Shown piece by piece: positions 1 through 9,028 of a stretch of 20,403 nucleotides of DNA. The stretch is from Candidatus Micrarchaeota archaeon (GTDB taxonomy: Archaea > Micrarchaeota > Micrarchaeia > Anstonellales > Bilamarchaeaceae), in contig JAGVWJ010000032.1 in NCBI GenBank assembly GCA_018304385.1, positions 725-21,127 of the forward strand. The letters are read 5' to 3'. Under the pieces are notes generated by a model. The model ran no database searches, was not told the DNA's origin, and saw only the letters and a program-made list of their open reading frames with translations. The position numbers were made by a program, and so were the translations under genes. Numbering within the stretch: the stretch's first letter is position 1; each line of letters starts with the position of its first letter.

Positions 1-147
1 AACTAACATATCAACTTTGTCAGGATTTCTATGCGCACTAGCAACTTCATAACGATGCTCGACACCAAATGCATTAAGCACCTGCGTAATCTTATCAACA
101 ATTGGCTTATCGCTTTCACTACCAGATAAAATTAAGACACGTTCCAT
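1..147 (-). CDS. purE: PurE (N5-CAIR mutase / AIR carboxylase), 5' part; runs off the window start
   Basis: Manual translation from ATG at 147: MERVLILSGSESDKPIVDKITQVLNAFGVEHRYEVASAHRNPDKVDMLV. This matches the PurE N-terminal GS(D/E)SD and SAHR motifs. Not in the ORF track. AAAGTTTTAAAT BRE/TATA-like motif ~25-30 nt upstream on the minus strand. Confidence 0.9.
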   Translation of the reverse strand, partial: MERVLILSGSESDKPIVDKITQVLNAFGVEHRYEVASAHRNPDKVDMLV

Positions 148-178
148 AGAATTATATTATATAAGGAGATTTAAAACT

Positions 179-355
179 TTATTCATCAGGAAGCGAAGGC
201 GGATAATCATCATCACTTGGTTGTGGAGCTGGCTGCGGTGTTGGTGACGGTGCCGGAGGTATATCTTTTTTATCATCTTTTTGTCCACCGATACCTGCAC
301 AACCAACTAATAATATTGCAACTATTACGAATACCAATATTATTTTGTAACCCAT
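179..355 (-). CDS. Small (58 aa) Pro/Asp-rich putative lipoprotein
   Basis: Manual translation: MGYKIILVFVIVAILLVGCAGIGGQKDDKKDIPPAPSPTPQPAPQPSDDDYPPSLPDE*. Hydrophobic signal plus LVGC lipobox. Starts 4 nt after the stop of the 750-aa gene. Below the ORF-track length cutoff. Confidence 0.8.
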   Translation of the reverse strand: MGYKIILVFVIVAILLVGCAGIGGQKDDKKDIPPAPSPTPQPAPQPSDDDYPPSLPDE

Positions 356-359
356 AGTG

Positions 360-2612
360 TCACTCCAATTTACATTCGCTTCCTACTTGAACAAAATATC
401 CTTCTCCAGGTATATTTTTCTCAGCCTTTACATATTTCTTTGTTCCAGCATTATATCCTCTAGTATCAAACGTGACATCGCAGGATTTTAATAATTCAGA
501 AAATTCCTCTTTTTCTGAGGAAGAACCAATCTGATTCCAGCCTTTCTTAAGTTCTAAATCATTTATATCAAAATTATCTCCTTGAACACTTATGCTGCAA
601 TCTGTTTTTGAATTAAACCAATAACCTTTACCTGCTTCCAGGCTACTTGGATGTATCCATTTTGTAATATCATAATGCCACGTTTCAACTGGCGTAAATC
701 CTTCACATGTAGAACTAATTTGTGCATTATCAAATGGTATTGAAAACAGGTTCCAACCTTTGTTAAGTTGAATGGTAAGACTTTTCTTTTCAGGTGGTTT
801 AGCAACGCATTCGCCATCTTTGCAAATCTGGTCTTCTGCACATACAACTGCTTCTACTGAGCGAGTACCATTATCACAATAAAATTCATTTACGGTTTTT
901 TCATCAACACAAGAATCACTATCAATTGATAGAACAAACGAATTTTGTTTAACCTCAGTTGTTCCTTTTTTGTTTATGTTCTTGCCGTCATCTGTTTCTT
1001 CGCAAGCGCTTGCTGTTTTTGATATACATGCTCCATCAACGCACTTTTCGCCAGCAGGACATTTTGCTTCTACACCAGTTTTTGAAGTATCAGAACAGTA
1101 ATACTCTTTTATAGTCTGTTCATCAACACATTTATCTTCAAATTTCTCACTAGATAAAATAGTATCAGCAGCAGTTTTTCTACCAGCTTCTGTAGTTCCC
1201 TTTGTCTTGTAATCTTTACCTATATCACTATCAGTACAAAAATCAAATTCAACTGATTCTGCATCAACGCACTGCCCATTATCACAGGCTTGTCCACTTG
1301 GACATTCCAACTCGCGCGCAATTAGCGAACCACTATCACAAAGATATTCATAAACCTTATAGACTCCTTTACATTCATCTGTTTTTTCTCTTACTCTTGT
1401 TTCTTGCCCATTTTCTCTTATTCCGTCTCTAGCAGTTCCTCTAGTTGATAACACTTCTCCTCCATCAGTATCTGTACAGAAAGATTCACCGCTAGGCCGA
1501 GGTTCTGGTTCTATATCTGGTTCTGGTTCTACAATTGATGGTAGTTCTCCCCCTGGTTTCGAACCATCTATTTCTTGGGTACATATACCATCACTACATA
1601 CAAGACCAGGATCATCATCTTGACATGATGGCTGCTCAGCAGCTTCTTCAGAAACACATGCCCCATCACTACATACATGACCCTTATTACAGGGAAGGGG
1701 CTTCGATATTACTAATTTATTATCAAAACAACTAAATTGTCTAACCCTAGTTTTATCAGCACATTCGTCTGGATAGTTCTTATTATTGGCAATTACTAAC
1801 CCTCTTTTATCTAGGATGTCATCTGGGTCATCTACGTCTTCGCATCTTTCCTTAAATGCTTCGCATTTTCCTTCTTGGCAAACTAATCCTGGTTTCCCAC
1901 AATCTGCATCCTCTTTACATTCTGGCGGTGGGACACATCTACTATTTTGGCAAGATTTCCATTTTTTATCTTTACAGTCATTATCTTGTGAACACTCTGC
2001 TTTTTTACAAATATTAGATTCGCAAATGTAACCTTCTTTTCCACAACCTTCATCTGTTTTACAGGATTTGACTTCACAATTACCGCCTATACAAAATAAC
2101 CCAGACTTTTTACAATCATCATCTTCTTTGCATTCTGGTGGTGCAACGCATCTACCTTCTTCGCAAACTTTCCCTTTTGCATTTTTACAATCGCTATCCT
2201 GCGAACATTGTGTAGATGGTGGCTGCGGTACAGGAGCTGGACAATCTATTGATTGCACAGTTAGAATGTTAAAATAAGTTTTACCTCCTTTTGCTACTTG
2301 AGTACTAGAACCAGAAGAAAGTTGGTCCAACCTTGCAACCTCTTCTTTCAAAGTATCTATTTTTAGGGTTACTTTATTGCCTTCTACTTTCTCAACCTTT
2401 ATTCTGGCTTCATAAGCTAATTTACCGACTTTATCATTTGTATAATGAGCCTTTCCCTCTTCTATAGTAACGTATTCCTGAACTTCTGAAACACCTGGCT
2501 TATACATAATTTTTACTTTACAACTAGATTTTACTGCTGTCTTCTGTGCTGTTGTGCATCCTGCTAAGAATAGGATAAAAACAAGTGCTAAAACAAATAA
2601 TGTAGAACGCAT
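360..2612 (-). CDS. Cys-rich repeat surface lipoprotein (750 aa) with C-terminal duplicated GWN/GxGY(W/F) domain
   Basis: LAGC lipobox; Pro linker; several CxxDxDC...C...C modules; four C-x-D-x-D-G...D-x-C...EyyC...C...C-x-x-G-x-C modules; C-terminal LNKGWNLFSIP...GKGYW / LKKGWNQIG...GEGYF repeat pair. Confidence 0.85.
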   Translation of the reverse strand: MRSTLFVLALVFILFLAGCTTAQKTAVKSSCKVKIMYKPGVSEVQEYVTIEEGKAHYTNDKVGKLAYEARIKVEKVEGNKVTLKIDTLKEEVARLDQLSSGSSTQVAKGGKTYFNILTVQSIDCPAPVPQPPSTQCSQDSDCKNAKGKVCEEGRCVAPPECKEDDDCKKSGLFCIGGNCEVKSCKTDEGCGKEGYICESNICKKAECSQDNDCKDKKWKSCQNSRCVPPPECKEDADCGKPGLVCQEGKCEAFKERCEDVDDPDDILDKRGLVIANNKNYPDECADKTRVRQFSCFDNKLVISKPLPCNKGHVCSDGACVSEEAAEQPSCQDDDPGLVCSDGICTQEIDGSKPGGELPSIVEPEPDIEPEPRPSGESFCTDTDGGEVLSTRGTARDGIRENGQETRVREKTDECKGVYKVYEYLCDSGSLIARELECPSGQACDNGQCVDAESVEFDFCTDSDIGKDYKTKGTTEAGRKTAADTILSSEKFEDKCVDEQTIKEYYCSDTSKTGVEAKCPAGEKCVDGACISKTASACEETDDGKNINKKGTTEVKQNSFVLSIDSDSCVDEKTVNEFYCDNGTRSVEAVVCAEDQICKDGECVAKPPEKKSLTIQLNKGWNLFSIPFDNAQISSTCEGFTPVETWHYDITKWIHPSSLEAGKGYWFNSKTDCSISVQGDNFDINDLELKKGWNQIGSSSEKEEFSELLKSCDVTFDTRGYNAGTKKYVKAEKNIPGEGYFVQVGSECKLE

Positions 2613-2615
2613 AGG

Positions 2616-4445
2616 TCATTCCGCTCTTAGTTCGAATTCAGCGTGCACTACCTGCTTTGGAACTTTTAGTATAATGAGGTTATCACTTATCTCTTTGCAA
2701 ACAGTTCCTCTGTGTGTTACATAATTAATTTCCCTCTGGGTTGGCATATTTACTGCACCTTCCAGATCGTACGTAGCTACGGTTCTAGCAAATGCAGAAA
2801 CACTGGCAACAGTGCATTTATCTTTTATATATCTGCCATTTGGAGAGTCTTTGTTAAAGCTCTTTGTAGTTATGTTAAAGAATGTTGCAACTGCATCTGG
2901 CTTATTTGCTGATTGTTCTTCACCGGCGTCTTCTGATAATAAAATAACTACACCGCCAGTGTTGCCAATATTTGTTGCTGCAGATTGAGTACTAGCAAAC
3001 TCAACACCGTTAACTGACCAACCAGGTACTCCGCCCCAACCTACTCTCAATGCACCGCCACTTTCCATATTTCTTGATGCACCTGCTGTTGGGTAATCTA
3101 TTTCAACCGAACCGCCTGTATTGAATGTTCCGACATAGACCCATCTTTCTGGAGCGCCATCTAGTTTCAAAATAATATCTCCTGGATAAAGCGTTGATCT
3201 AGATGCGAACCCAGAACTAGCACCCCTTGTTATACTAGATGTTAGAGCTGCGTTTCCATTTGTAAGCAACAATACCCTGAATTCATTTCCACTTCCAGCA
3301 TTTGTTGAGAAACAATTAGCTGAACCGCAAGTAATTTTTACATAACTTGAATTTGATTCTCTTGTTGTTGCTGTTGATCCATCTGCAACATAGGAAAATG
3401 AAGCACCAGTATCGACAAACTCATATCTTAGTGTATCGTAATCAGCACTACTCGATGGATTTTTATCTAAACCAGTGAATTTAAACGTAAATCTGTTAGA
3501 ACCGCCTATATTATACCCTTGACCCACTGTAAAGTAGTCTGATAAATCTTTATAAAGTATTATAGATCTTAAATGATCTGCATTATTACTCTGAGGACCT
3601 TTTTTCCAAGTTAATCTAACACGCCAACCTTCGAATACTTGACCATCTGTTAATAAAGTCAAGGCGTTATTTGACCCACTTCGAAGATAAACTTGTCCAC
3701 CAGAAACTACCTGGCCCTCTTGAACTTGTGAATCCGGAGCATCGAGACCAGTAATGGTAAAGTCATTATTAAGAAATTTAACTCGTATGTTGTGAGTTCT
3801 AGAATCATAAGGAATAGCTGGCTCGAATTTAATCTGATAAACAAAATCTTTAAATCTTCCACCTACTGCGTCCATTGAATCTCGATATTGATTATGTGAC
3901 TGTAAAAATATATATTGTTTTTCTGTATATTGTGTATTTGTTACAGGATCAGTAAGTGCTATATCTGCAAATGCAGGGAATGATAATCCGTCTATTTTGA
4001 ATAATTCTTCATTTGAAACACCAGATAAACCGCCACCGAGACCATTCGCAAATGGATGCGCGTCAGCAGCTGTGTCCGATCCAGCTAAACTATAAATACC
4101 CGGACCCCATCTATCTAATACCTGCCTATCAGAAACCTCAGCAATTAATGTTCTCAAAGTATAAGTTCCTGATCTTTGTGGAAGAGCTGGTGCTGCTTGT
4201 GGAGCAGGCTGTGGCGCTGGTGTTGGACTTGGTTGTGGCTGAGGCTGCGGAGATGGAGTAGGTTGAGGGGCTGGAGCAGGCAATGGTTTAGGTGAAGGAG
4301 TTGGCGATGGCGCTTTTCCTTTTTCTTCCTTTGGCGCTTCTTTTGCTTTTTTCTTAGCAGTCTTTTCTGCATCAGTTTCTGATATACACCCAGCAATAAC
4401 TAACATCAAAACTAATCCAAAAATAACAAAGAGTTTAGAGTTCAT
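2616..4445 (-). CDS. Surface lipoprotein (609 aa) with Pro-rich linker and S-layer-like body
   Basis: IAGC lipobox; K-rich then PSPTP/PQP linker; Cys-poor, beta-rich body. Segments IRVKFLNNDFTI and YVTHRGTVCKEISDNLIILKVPKQVVHAEFEL resemble archaeal S-layer proteins as I recall them (not searched). Confidence 0.65.
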   Translation of the reverse strand: MNSKLFVIFGLVLMLVIAGCISETDAEKTAKKKAKEAPKEEKGKAPSPTPSPKPLPAPAPQPTPSPQPQPQPSPTPAPQPAPQAAPALPQRSGTYTLRTLIAEVSDRQVLDRWGPGIYSLAGSDTAADAHPFANGLGGGLSGVSNEELFKIDGLSFPAFADIALTDPVTNTQYTEKQYIFLQSHNQYRDSMDAVGGRFKDFVYQIKFEPAIPYDSRTHNIRVKFLNNDFTITGLDAPDSQVQEGQVVSGGQVYLRSGSNNALTLLTDGQVFEGWRVRLTWKKGPQSNNADHLRSIILYKDLSDYFTVGQGYNIGGSNRFTFKFTGLDKNPSSSADYDTLRYEFVDTGASFSYVADGSTATTRESNSSYVKITCGSANCFSTNAGSGNEFRVLLLTNGNAALTSSITRGASSGFASRSTLYPGDIILKLDGAPERWVYVGTFNTGGSVEIDYPTAGASRNMESGGALRVGWGGVPGWSVNGVEFASTQSAATNIGNTGGVVILLSEDAGEEQSANKPDAVATFFNITTKSFNKDSPNGRYIKDKCTVASVSAFARTVATYDLEGAVNMPTQREINYVTHRGTVCKEISDNLIILKVPKQVVHAEFELRAE

Positions 4446-4498
4446 AATCTGATTATTATAATAATAATGCTTAAAAATCTATTTAGAGCGCTTAGTAT

Positions 4499-5506
4499 AT
4501 GGAAATTCCAATAAAGGACCTCACATTTTTATTCGGATTGATATTTGTATTCTTTATTGGGATTGGAATCTACTTAATATATAGAAGAACAAAAACCCAG
4601 AAAGCGCAGCGAGGCGAGCATTACGACCTAAAATCACTAATGCTTCCATATGATAAAAAACTTCCTCTAAAACAAAATTTAGCGAATATATTCGTATCGC
4701 CATATTTTTGGATTATAGAGTTTATAGTTCTAGCACTATTAAGCTATTTTGTAGTTAGTGATTATATACTAGGAGAAAGTAGAGAAGATGTACTTTTGGC
4801 ATTTTTTGCATCTGGTTTAGTTTCCTTGGGTTTCACTTTTATTTATACAATTGTAATCTGGTATATAGATCATGATGAACCTGAGCCACTAAGGTTTATA
4901 CCAACGCTATTTCTATGGGGATCTTTTGCAGCCTTAATGGCAATTATAATGAATACTGAGATTTTAGGCTGGATAGAATCAAACTGGCCTGGCTCTGGTG
5001 AAACTACGCTTGTGCTTTTTGTTGCACCTTTACTGGAAGAATTTCTTAAGGCATTAGGACTTTTCGCTTTATTCTATCATAAAGAATTCGATGACACAAT
5101 GGATGGAATATTCTACGGGTTTTTAGTTGGAATGGGATTCGCATTTATAGAAGACTGGAGTTATTATATATTCTATTCGCCATTTGAACTGGGCATAGGA
5201 CAATGGCTGGAGCTTATATTTGTAAGAACTGTTGCAACTGGCGCAGGCCATGGAATATTTACAGCAATAACTGGTGCACTATTAGGATTAGTAAAAACCG
5301 GACACATATCTAAAAGAGGGTTTTTATCCATATTACTAATTTCTGCAATAGTTCATTTCCTGTTTAATCTACTTGGCTTTGCAAATGCAATAGCCCAGGT
5401 AAATGTACAAATATTAGGAATGGTTATTTTAATTGGTTTATTATTTGTTGGAATAAAAATGGCGCTTAGTAAATATAAGAAGAAACAGAAAAAAACTATT
5501 CCCTAG
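4499..5506 (+). CDS. prsW: PrsW-family intramembrane glutamic/metalloprotease with extra N-terminal TM segments
   Basis: Multi-TM protein with motifs EPEP, APLLEEFLKA, GFAFIED, GHGIFT and HFLFN typical of PrsW. Confidence 0.85.
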   Translation: MEIPIKDLTFLFGLIFVFFIGIGIYLIYRRTKTQKAQRGEHYDLKSLMLPYDKKLPLKQNLANIFVSPYFWIIEFIVLALLSYFVVSDYILGESREDVLLAFFASGLVSLGFTFIYTIVIWYIDHDEPEPLRFIPTLFLWGSFAALMAIIMNTEILGWIESNWPGSGETTLVLFVAPLLEEFLKALGLFALFYHKEFDDTMDGIFYGFLVGMGFAFIEDWSYYIFYSPFELGIGQWLELIFVRTVATGAGHGIFTAITGALLGLVKTGHISKRGFLSILLISAIVHFLFNLLGFANAIAQVNVQILGMVILIGLLFVGIKMALSKYKKKQKKTIP

Positions 5507-6380
5507 GAGCCTCCCATAACTTTTCACATATACCATTGTGGCACTCATAACCAAGACCACACGATATGGATTTATGCTTTGGACATGCTGCTTCTCTAAC
5601 TGAAGAAAGCGAGGCGCACATATCTTCTTCTGTCTTTGTTGATCCGTCACTCATTGTAAATGTAACACTGCCTTTTGTATATTTATCTTCCCCATCGCTA
5701 TCATTGCAAGAAACAACTGTTAATTCTACTTCTGGCTCAGATGTTGCTGGTTCATCTCTTGGACCGCTTGAAGGTGGCGGAAGTGAGTAGTCATAACCAC
5801 TTTCAATGGTTTTCTTTTCTTTTGTTGTGCAAACACCATCAACACAAGGACCTGCTGGGCAGATTATTTTCCTTACACCAAGGTTAATTCCACTCTTTGG
5901 ACAAACTGCTTCATCTAATGTATCAGATGAATAACATTGATCTTCTTTGGTTTTCTTTGTTCCGTCACTTAGTTCAATAGTAACACTTCCCTTTACATTC
6001 GCATCCTCGCCATCACTATCATTGCAAGAAACAACTGTAACCTGTTCTTTAGTTTCAGTATCTGGTTTTTCTGGAGTGGTTTTTGCCTTCTCTGTACAAA
6101 CACCATCAACGCACGAACCTGATGGACAAACTACGTTTCTAGTAGAAATTTCTAAACTAGATTTTGGGCAAATAGCTTCTCGCACGCTATCAGAAGAAAA
6201 ACATTCATCCTGCTTTGTTTTTTTAGTCTTATCGCTAAGTTCTAAAGTAACAGTACCTTTTACATTTGCGTTTTCACCATCGCTATCATTGCAAGAAACA
6301 ATAGTCGCTGGTTTTGGGTTTAGCGCATCGCAGCCAGCTAGAAATAAAAATAATACAAGAACAAAGGCAAGATAGCGCAT
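5496..6380 (-). CDS. Cys-rich repeat lipoprotein (294 aa, three VSCNDSDGE modules)
   Basis: LAGC lipobox; three repeats starting VSCNDSDGE..KG(T/S)VT, also visible as DNA repeats (ctatcattgcaagaaacaa near 5697, 6016 and 6282). Confidence 0.85.
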   Translation of the reverse strand: MRYLAFVLVLFLFLAGCDALNPKPATIVSCNDSDGENANVKGTVTLELSDKTKKTKQDECFSSDSVREAICPKSSLEISTRNVVCPSGSCVDGVCTEKAKTTPEKPDTETKEQVTVVSCNDSDGEDANVKGSVTIELSDGTKKTKEDQCYSSDTLDEAVCPKSGINLGVRKIICPAGPCVDGVCTTKEKKTIESGYDYSLPPPSSGPRDEPATSEPEVELTVVSCNDSDGEDKYTKGSVTFTMSDGSTKTEEDMCASLSSVREAACPKHKSISCGLGYECHNGICEKLWEAPRE

Positions 6381-6418
6381 GGGTTAGGTTAATAAGATAA
6401 TATTTATAAACATAATAT
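6381..6418. promoter_or_regulatory. Overlapping divergent promoters (two crossed TATA-like boxes)
   Basis: TTAATAA at 6389-6395 lies ~24 nt before the GTG at 6419. TTTATAAA at 6403-6410 lies ~23 nt before the minus-strand ATG at 6380. The spacing fits leaderless transcripts. Confidence 0.55.
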
Positions 6419-6739
6419 GTGACCAAGGCAACAGCATTAAAGAAGCGCTATATTTTATGCGAAATAAAATTTGCAAATAACGAAAACGTGAGCGAAAGCG
6501 AGCTAAAAAAAGGAATTTATAACGAAGCATTGAAATTTTTTGGAGAATACTTATCATCTTTTGTTGCATTAAAATTTGTTGAATACGATGCAAACAAAAA
6601 AACCGCTTTGCTTCGCTGCAATCGCGATTTTTATGGTGAAGTGCTTGGTTTCCTAGCACTAATCAATTATCTGAATGGAAAAAAAGCACGGGTAATTGCG
6701 AAAAGAGCGAGCGGAACTATTAAATCGCTAAAAAGTTAG
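6419..6739 (+). CDS. pop5: RNase P protein component Pop5/Rpp14
   Basis: KKRYILCEI N-terminal motif; FFGEY; LRCNRD; terminal SGTIKSL. GTG start. Confidence 0.88.
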   Translation: MTKATALKKRYILCEIKFANNENVSESELKKGIYNEALKFFGEYLSSFVALKFVEYDANKKTALLRCNRDFYGEVLGFLALINYLNGKKARVIAKRASGTIKSLKS

Positions 6740-8304
6740 TTAGTATATTGGCACTGACCATTGACATTAATACGCTCAACCTCTACATAGTCTGGATTAC
6801 TTCGCGCATATACATTATCTGTGCGTTGTCTTTCATTTTCTTCCATTACAAAATCTTCATTCCGGCGCTCAAAAGTATTGACACGAAGAATTGTTGTCTT
6901 GTTATAGAACCTACAAGGTACGTTTACTGCTATACACTGCTCAATATTATAGTTAATGCTCCTTACTGTTATTGTAGGTTGAACCTCTCTTCCTTGCGCA
7001 TCGCGCCATGCTCCAGTGTGTGCAGGTGCTGATTGACCTTCAGATCTAGTATAACTATAAAATCTATCGACAGCATTCTGACCATTATCTATGCTGTCAT
7101 CAACAGCTACGGTCATATCCACTGATTTATCTGGGTCAACAACACAACCAATCTGACGGGCTACGCATCTATAATTTTCACATCGTGTGCTTGCAGTACA
7201 TGGAGTATTTGCAAATGGACACGTACCTGCTGGAGCTTGAACGCATCTACCTTCCTGACAAACCTTGCCTTGAGCACAAGATGTATCAGTAGATCTCCAT
7301 TGCTGACCCTCACAATAATATTCCCTAACTTGATCATACATGCGGACATCATTAACTGTTCTCTGTTGACCAACACAAGTATCACTGCGGGTTGCATCCG
7401 CAGTTGTTACTCTACCAGCAGTATTTGGATCATTTCCATCAGAATCTGTACAAGCTTGGGCGCATAAACCATTTCTACATGATACTCCCTGAGGACATTG
7501 AATACTCCTGCTTCTTATTTCAGAACCTTCACAATAGTATTCCCTTACTGTATCCCACTCTGCACAAGTATCTGAATTAGACTCGGTCCTGCGATCTCCA
7601 ATAGTTATAAATGTTTCACCAGCAATACTGGCATTTTGACCGTCTGCGTCATTACATCTTCTAGGTACGCATGCCCCCGCATCGCATACTTCTCCAACAG
7701 CGCAATCTCGTCGAGTGCTTCTCGTATCTAGGCTTTCGCAATAGAACTCCATTACAGTATCATTATCTTCGCAATAATCTGGACTTGAATGCTCTGTAAC
7801 ACCACCCCTTGTTGAATCAACAGCTCCATAAATTTCTGGTTTTATCCCATTGTCTGAATCAACACAACCACGTGCCTGCTCAGATGCTGATGGCCCTGGA
7901 GGTGGTGGGGGCGGCGGCTGAGATGTTGGTGGCCGTTGGCATATACCATCGCTACAACCATTTGCACAATTAGATTCGCTAGAAGGTAAAACTGTTTTTT
8001 CATCTATTGTTGTTCCTGGTGCAGGACAATCGTACTGAATTACAGTATCTCCTCTACATCTATCTCTTGTTTCCCTATTACCGACTACTTCAATAACCAT
8101 GTTGTTTTCATTAAAAAGAGTAATCCTACCTAGCCGAAAAGCATCATTATTCATATCGGTATCTTCACAAGGTTTTACTTTTGCTTTATCTCCTGGTTGT
8201 GTCCCTACAGACTTCTTTTTCTTAGCAGTCTTCTCTGCATCAGTTACGCATCCTGCAAGTAGTAAAATAAAAACAAGTATGAAAGTGAATATTATTGCAC
8301 GCAT
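6736..8304 (-). CDS. Cys-rich repeat lipoprotein (522 aa, four C-x-D-x-D modules plus unique C-terminal domain)
   Basis: LAGC lipobox, TDAEKTAKKK, poly-Pro linker, and four modules of the type found in the 750-aa and 294-aa proteins. Confidence 0.85.
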   Translation of the reverse strand: MRAIIFTFILVFILLLAGCVTDAEKTAKKKKSVGTQPGDKAKVKPCEDTDMNNDAFRLGRITLFNENNMVIEVVGNRETRDRCRGDTVIQYDCPAPGTTIDEKTVLPSSESNCANGCSDGICQRPPTSQPPPPPPPGPSASEQARGCVDSDNGIKPEIYGAVDSTRGGVTEHSSPDYCEDNDTVMEFYCESLDTRSTRRDCAVGEVCDAGACVPRRCNDADGQNASIAGETFITIGDRRTESNSDTCAEWDTVREYYCEGSEIRSRSIQCPQGVSCRNGLCAQACTDSDGNDPNTAGRVTTADATRSDTCVGQQRTVNDVRMYDQVREYYCEGQQWRSTDTSCAQGKVCQEGRCVQAPAGTCPFANTPCTASTRCENYRCVARQIGCVVDPDKSVDMTVAVDDSIDNGQNAVDRFYSYTRSEGQSAPAHTGAWRDAQGREVQPTITVRSINYNIEQCIAVNVPCRFYNKTTILRVNTFERRNEDFVMEENERQRTDNVYARSNPDYVEVERINVNGQCQYTN

Positions 8305-8342
8305 GGAGTAATTTAATAATGGGATATTTATAAAGCATACTT
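8305..8342. promoter_or_regulatory. Overlapping divergent promoters, same layout as 6381-6418
   Basis: 38-nt gap with TTAATAA at offsets 9-15 and ATATTTATAAA at offsets 20-30, the same offsets as in 6381-6418. Confidence 0.55.
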
Positions 8343-9023
8343 ATGGAATATTGTTTTGCATGCGGAACTAAAAGCAACATAGTCTATAGATCGAAGGGCA
8401 CTCCACTTTGTCCATCATGCGAAACCGGACTTGTAACAAAAGAGGTTAGATGCAGCAATTGTAAAATGCCTTCAACTAGCATACCTGTGATAAGATACGA
8501 ACAAGGTTTATTTTGTTCAACTTGCGCCATTGAATTGATTAAAAAGAAAAAAATTGAACCGCCTGCTCCAAAGGAATATTATAAGGATACTTCGTCTTTC
8601 CCACTTATTCAAAGTTTTGTTCATATTGCGCTGATAATTCTATTAATAATCAACGCACTAGCACAAACAAATTTATCACTATTGTATGTTGAACTATTTT
8701 TAGCTGCATTTCTTGTTTTCCTACTAATTACGTTCGCAACAATAAAAATAGAGATATACGAAGATAAAATCGAATGTGATTATGGATTCTTTACATATGA
8801 GATAAAGAAAAAAGACATAATAAAAGCAGAGGTAACTACACCAAGCAGATTTTTTGGTTATGGGGTGCTGATTGGTAAGGAGAAGGATTGGATTATAAAA
8901 TTTCTTACTGGAAGAGAACCCTGTGTAGGGTTATATAAGCGATCTGGATTCTTTAAAAAGGTTTTTATTAGCACGCCACAGCCTGCAATATTACTGGAGA
9001 ATATTGCTAAGAGGATGCCATAA
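8343..9023 (+). CDS. Membrane protein with N-terminal double zinc ribbon, two TM helices and PH-like C-terminal domain
   Basis: Four CxxC motifs (CFAC, CPSC, CSNC, CSTC), two hydrophobic helices, then IKIEIYEDKIECDYGFFTYEIKKKDIIKAEV, which resembles bacterial PH-type folds (fold call tentative). Confidence 0.7.
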   Translation: MEYCFACGTKSNIVYRSKGTPLCPSCETGLVTKEVRCSNCKMPSTSIPVIRYEQGLFCSTCAIELIKKKKIEPPAPKEYYKDTSSFPLIQSFVHIALIILLIINALAQTNLSLLYVELFLAAFLVFLLITFATIKIEIYEDKIECDYGFFTYEIKKKDIIKAEVTTPSRFFGYGVLIGKEKDWIIKFLTGREPCVGLYKRSGFFKKVFISTPQPAILLENIAKRMP

Positions 9024-9028
9024 GTTTA

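Noticed and set aside
4195-4310. Quasi-periodic GC-rich DNA repeat
   Set aside because: Explained by codons of the Pro/Gln/Ala linker, with no independent DNA periodicity.
5566-6375. Plus-strand ORFs with repeated SPSLSLQET
   Set aside because: Antisense read-out of the VSCNDSDGE repeats in the 294-aa lipoprotein.
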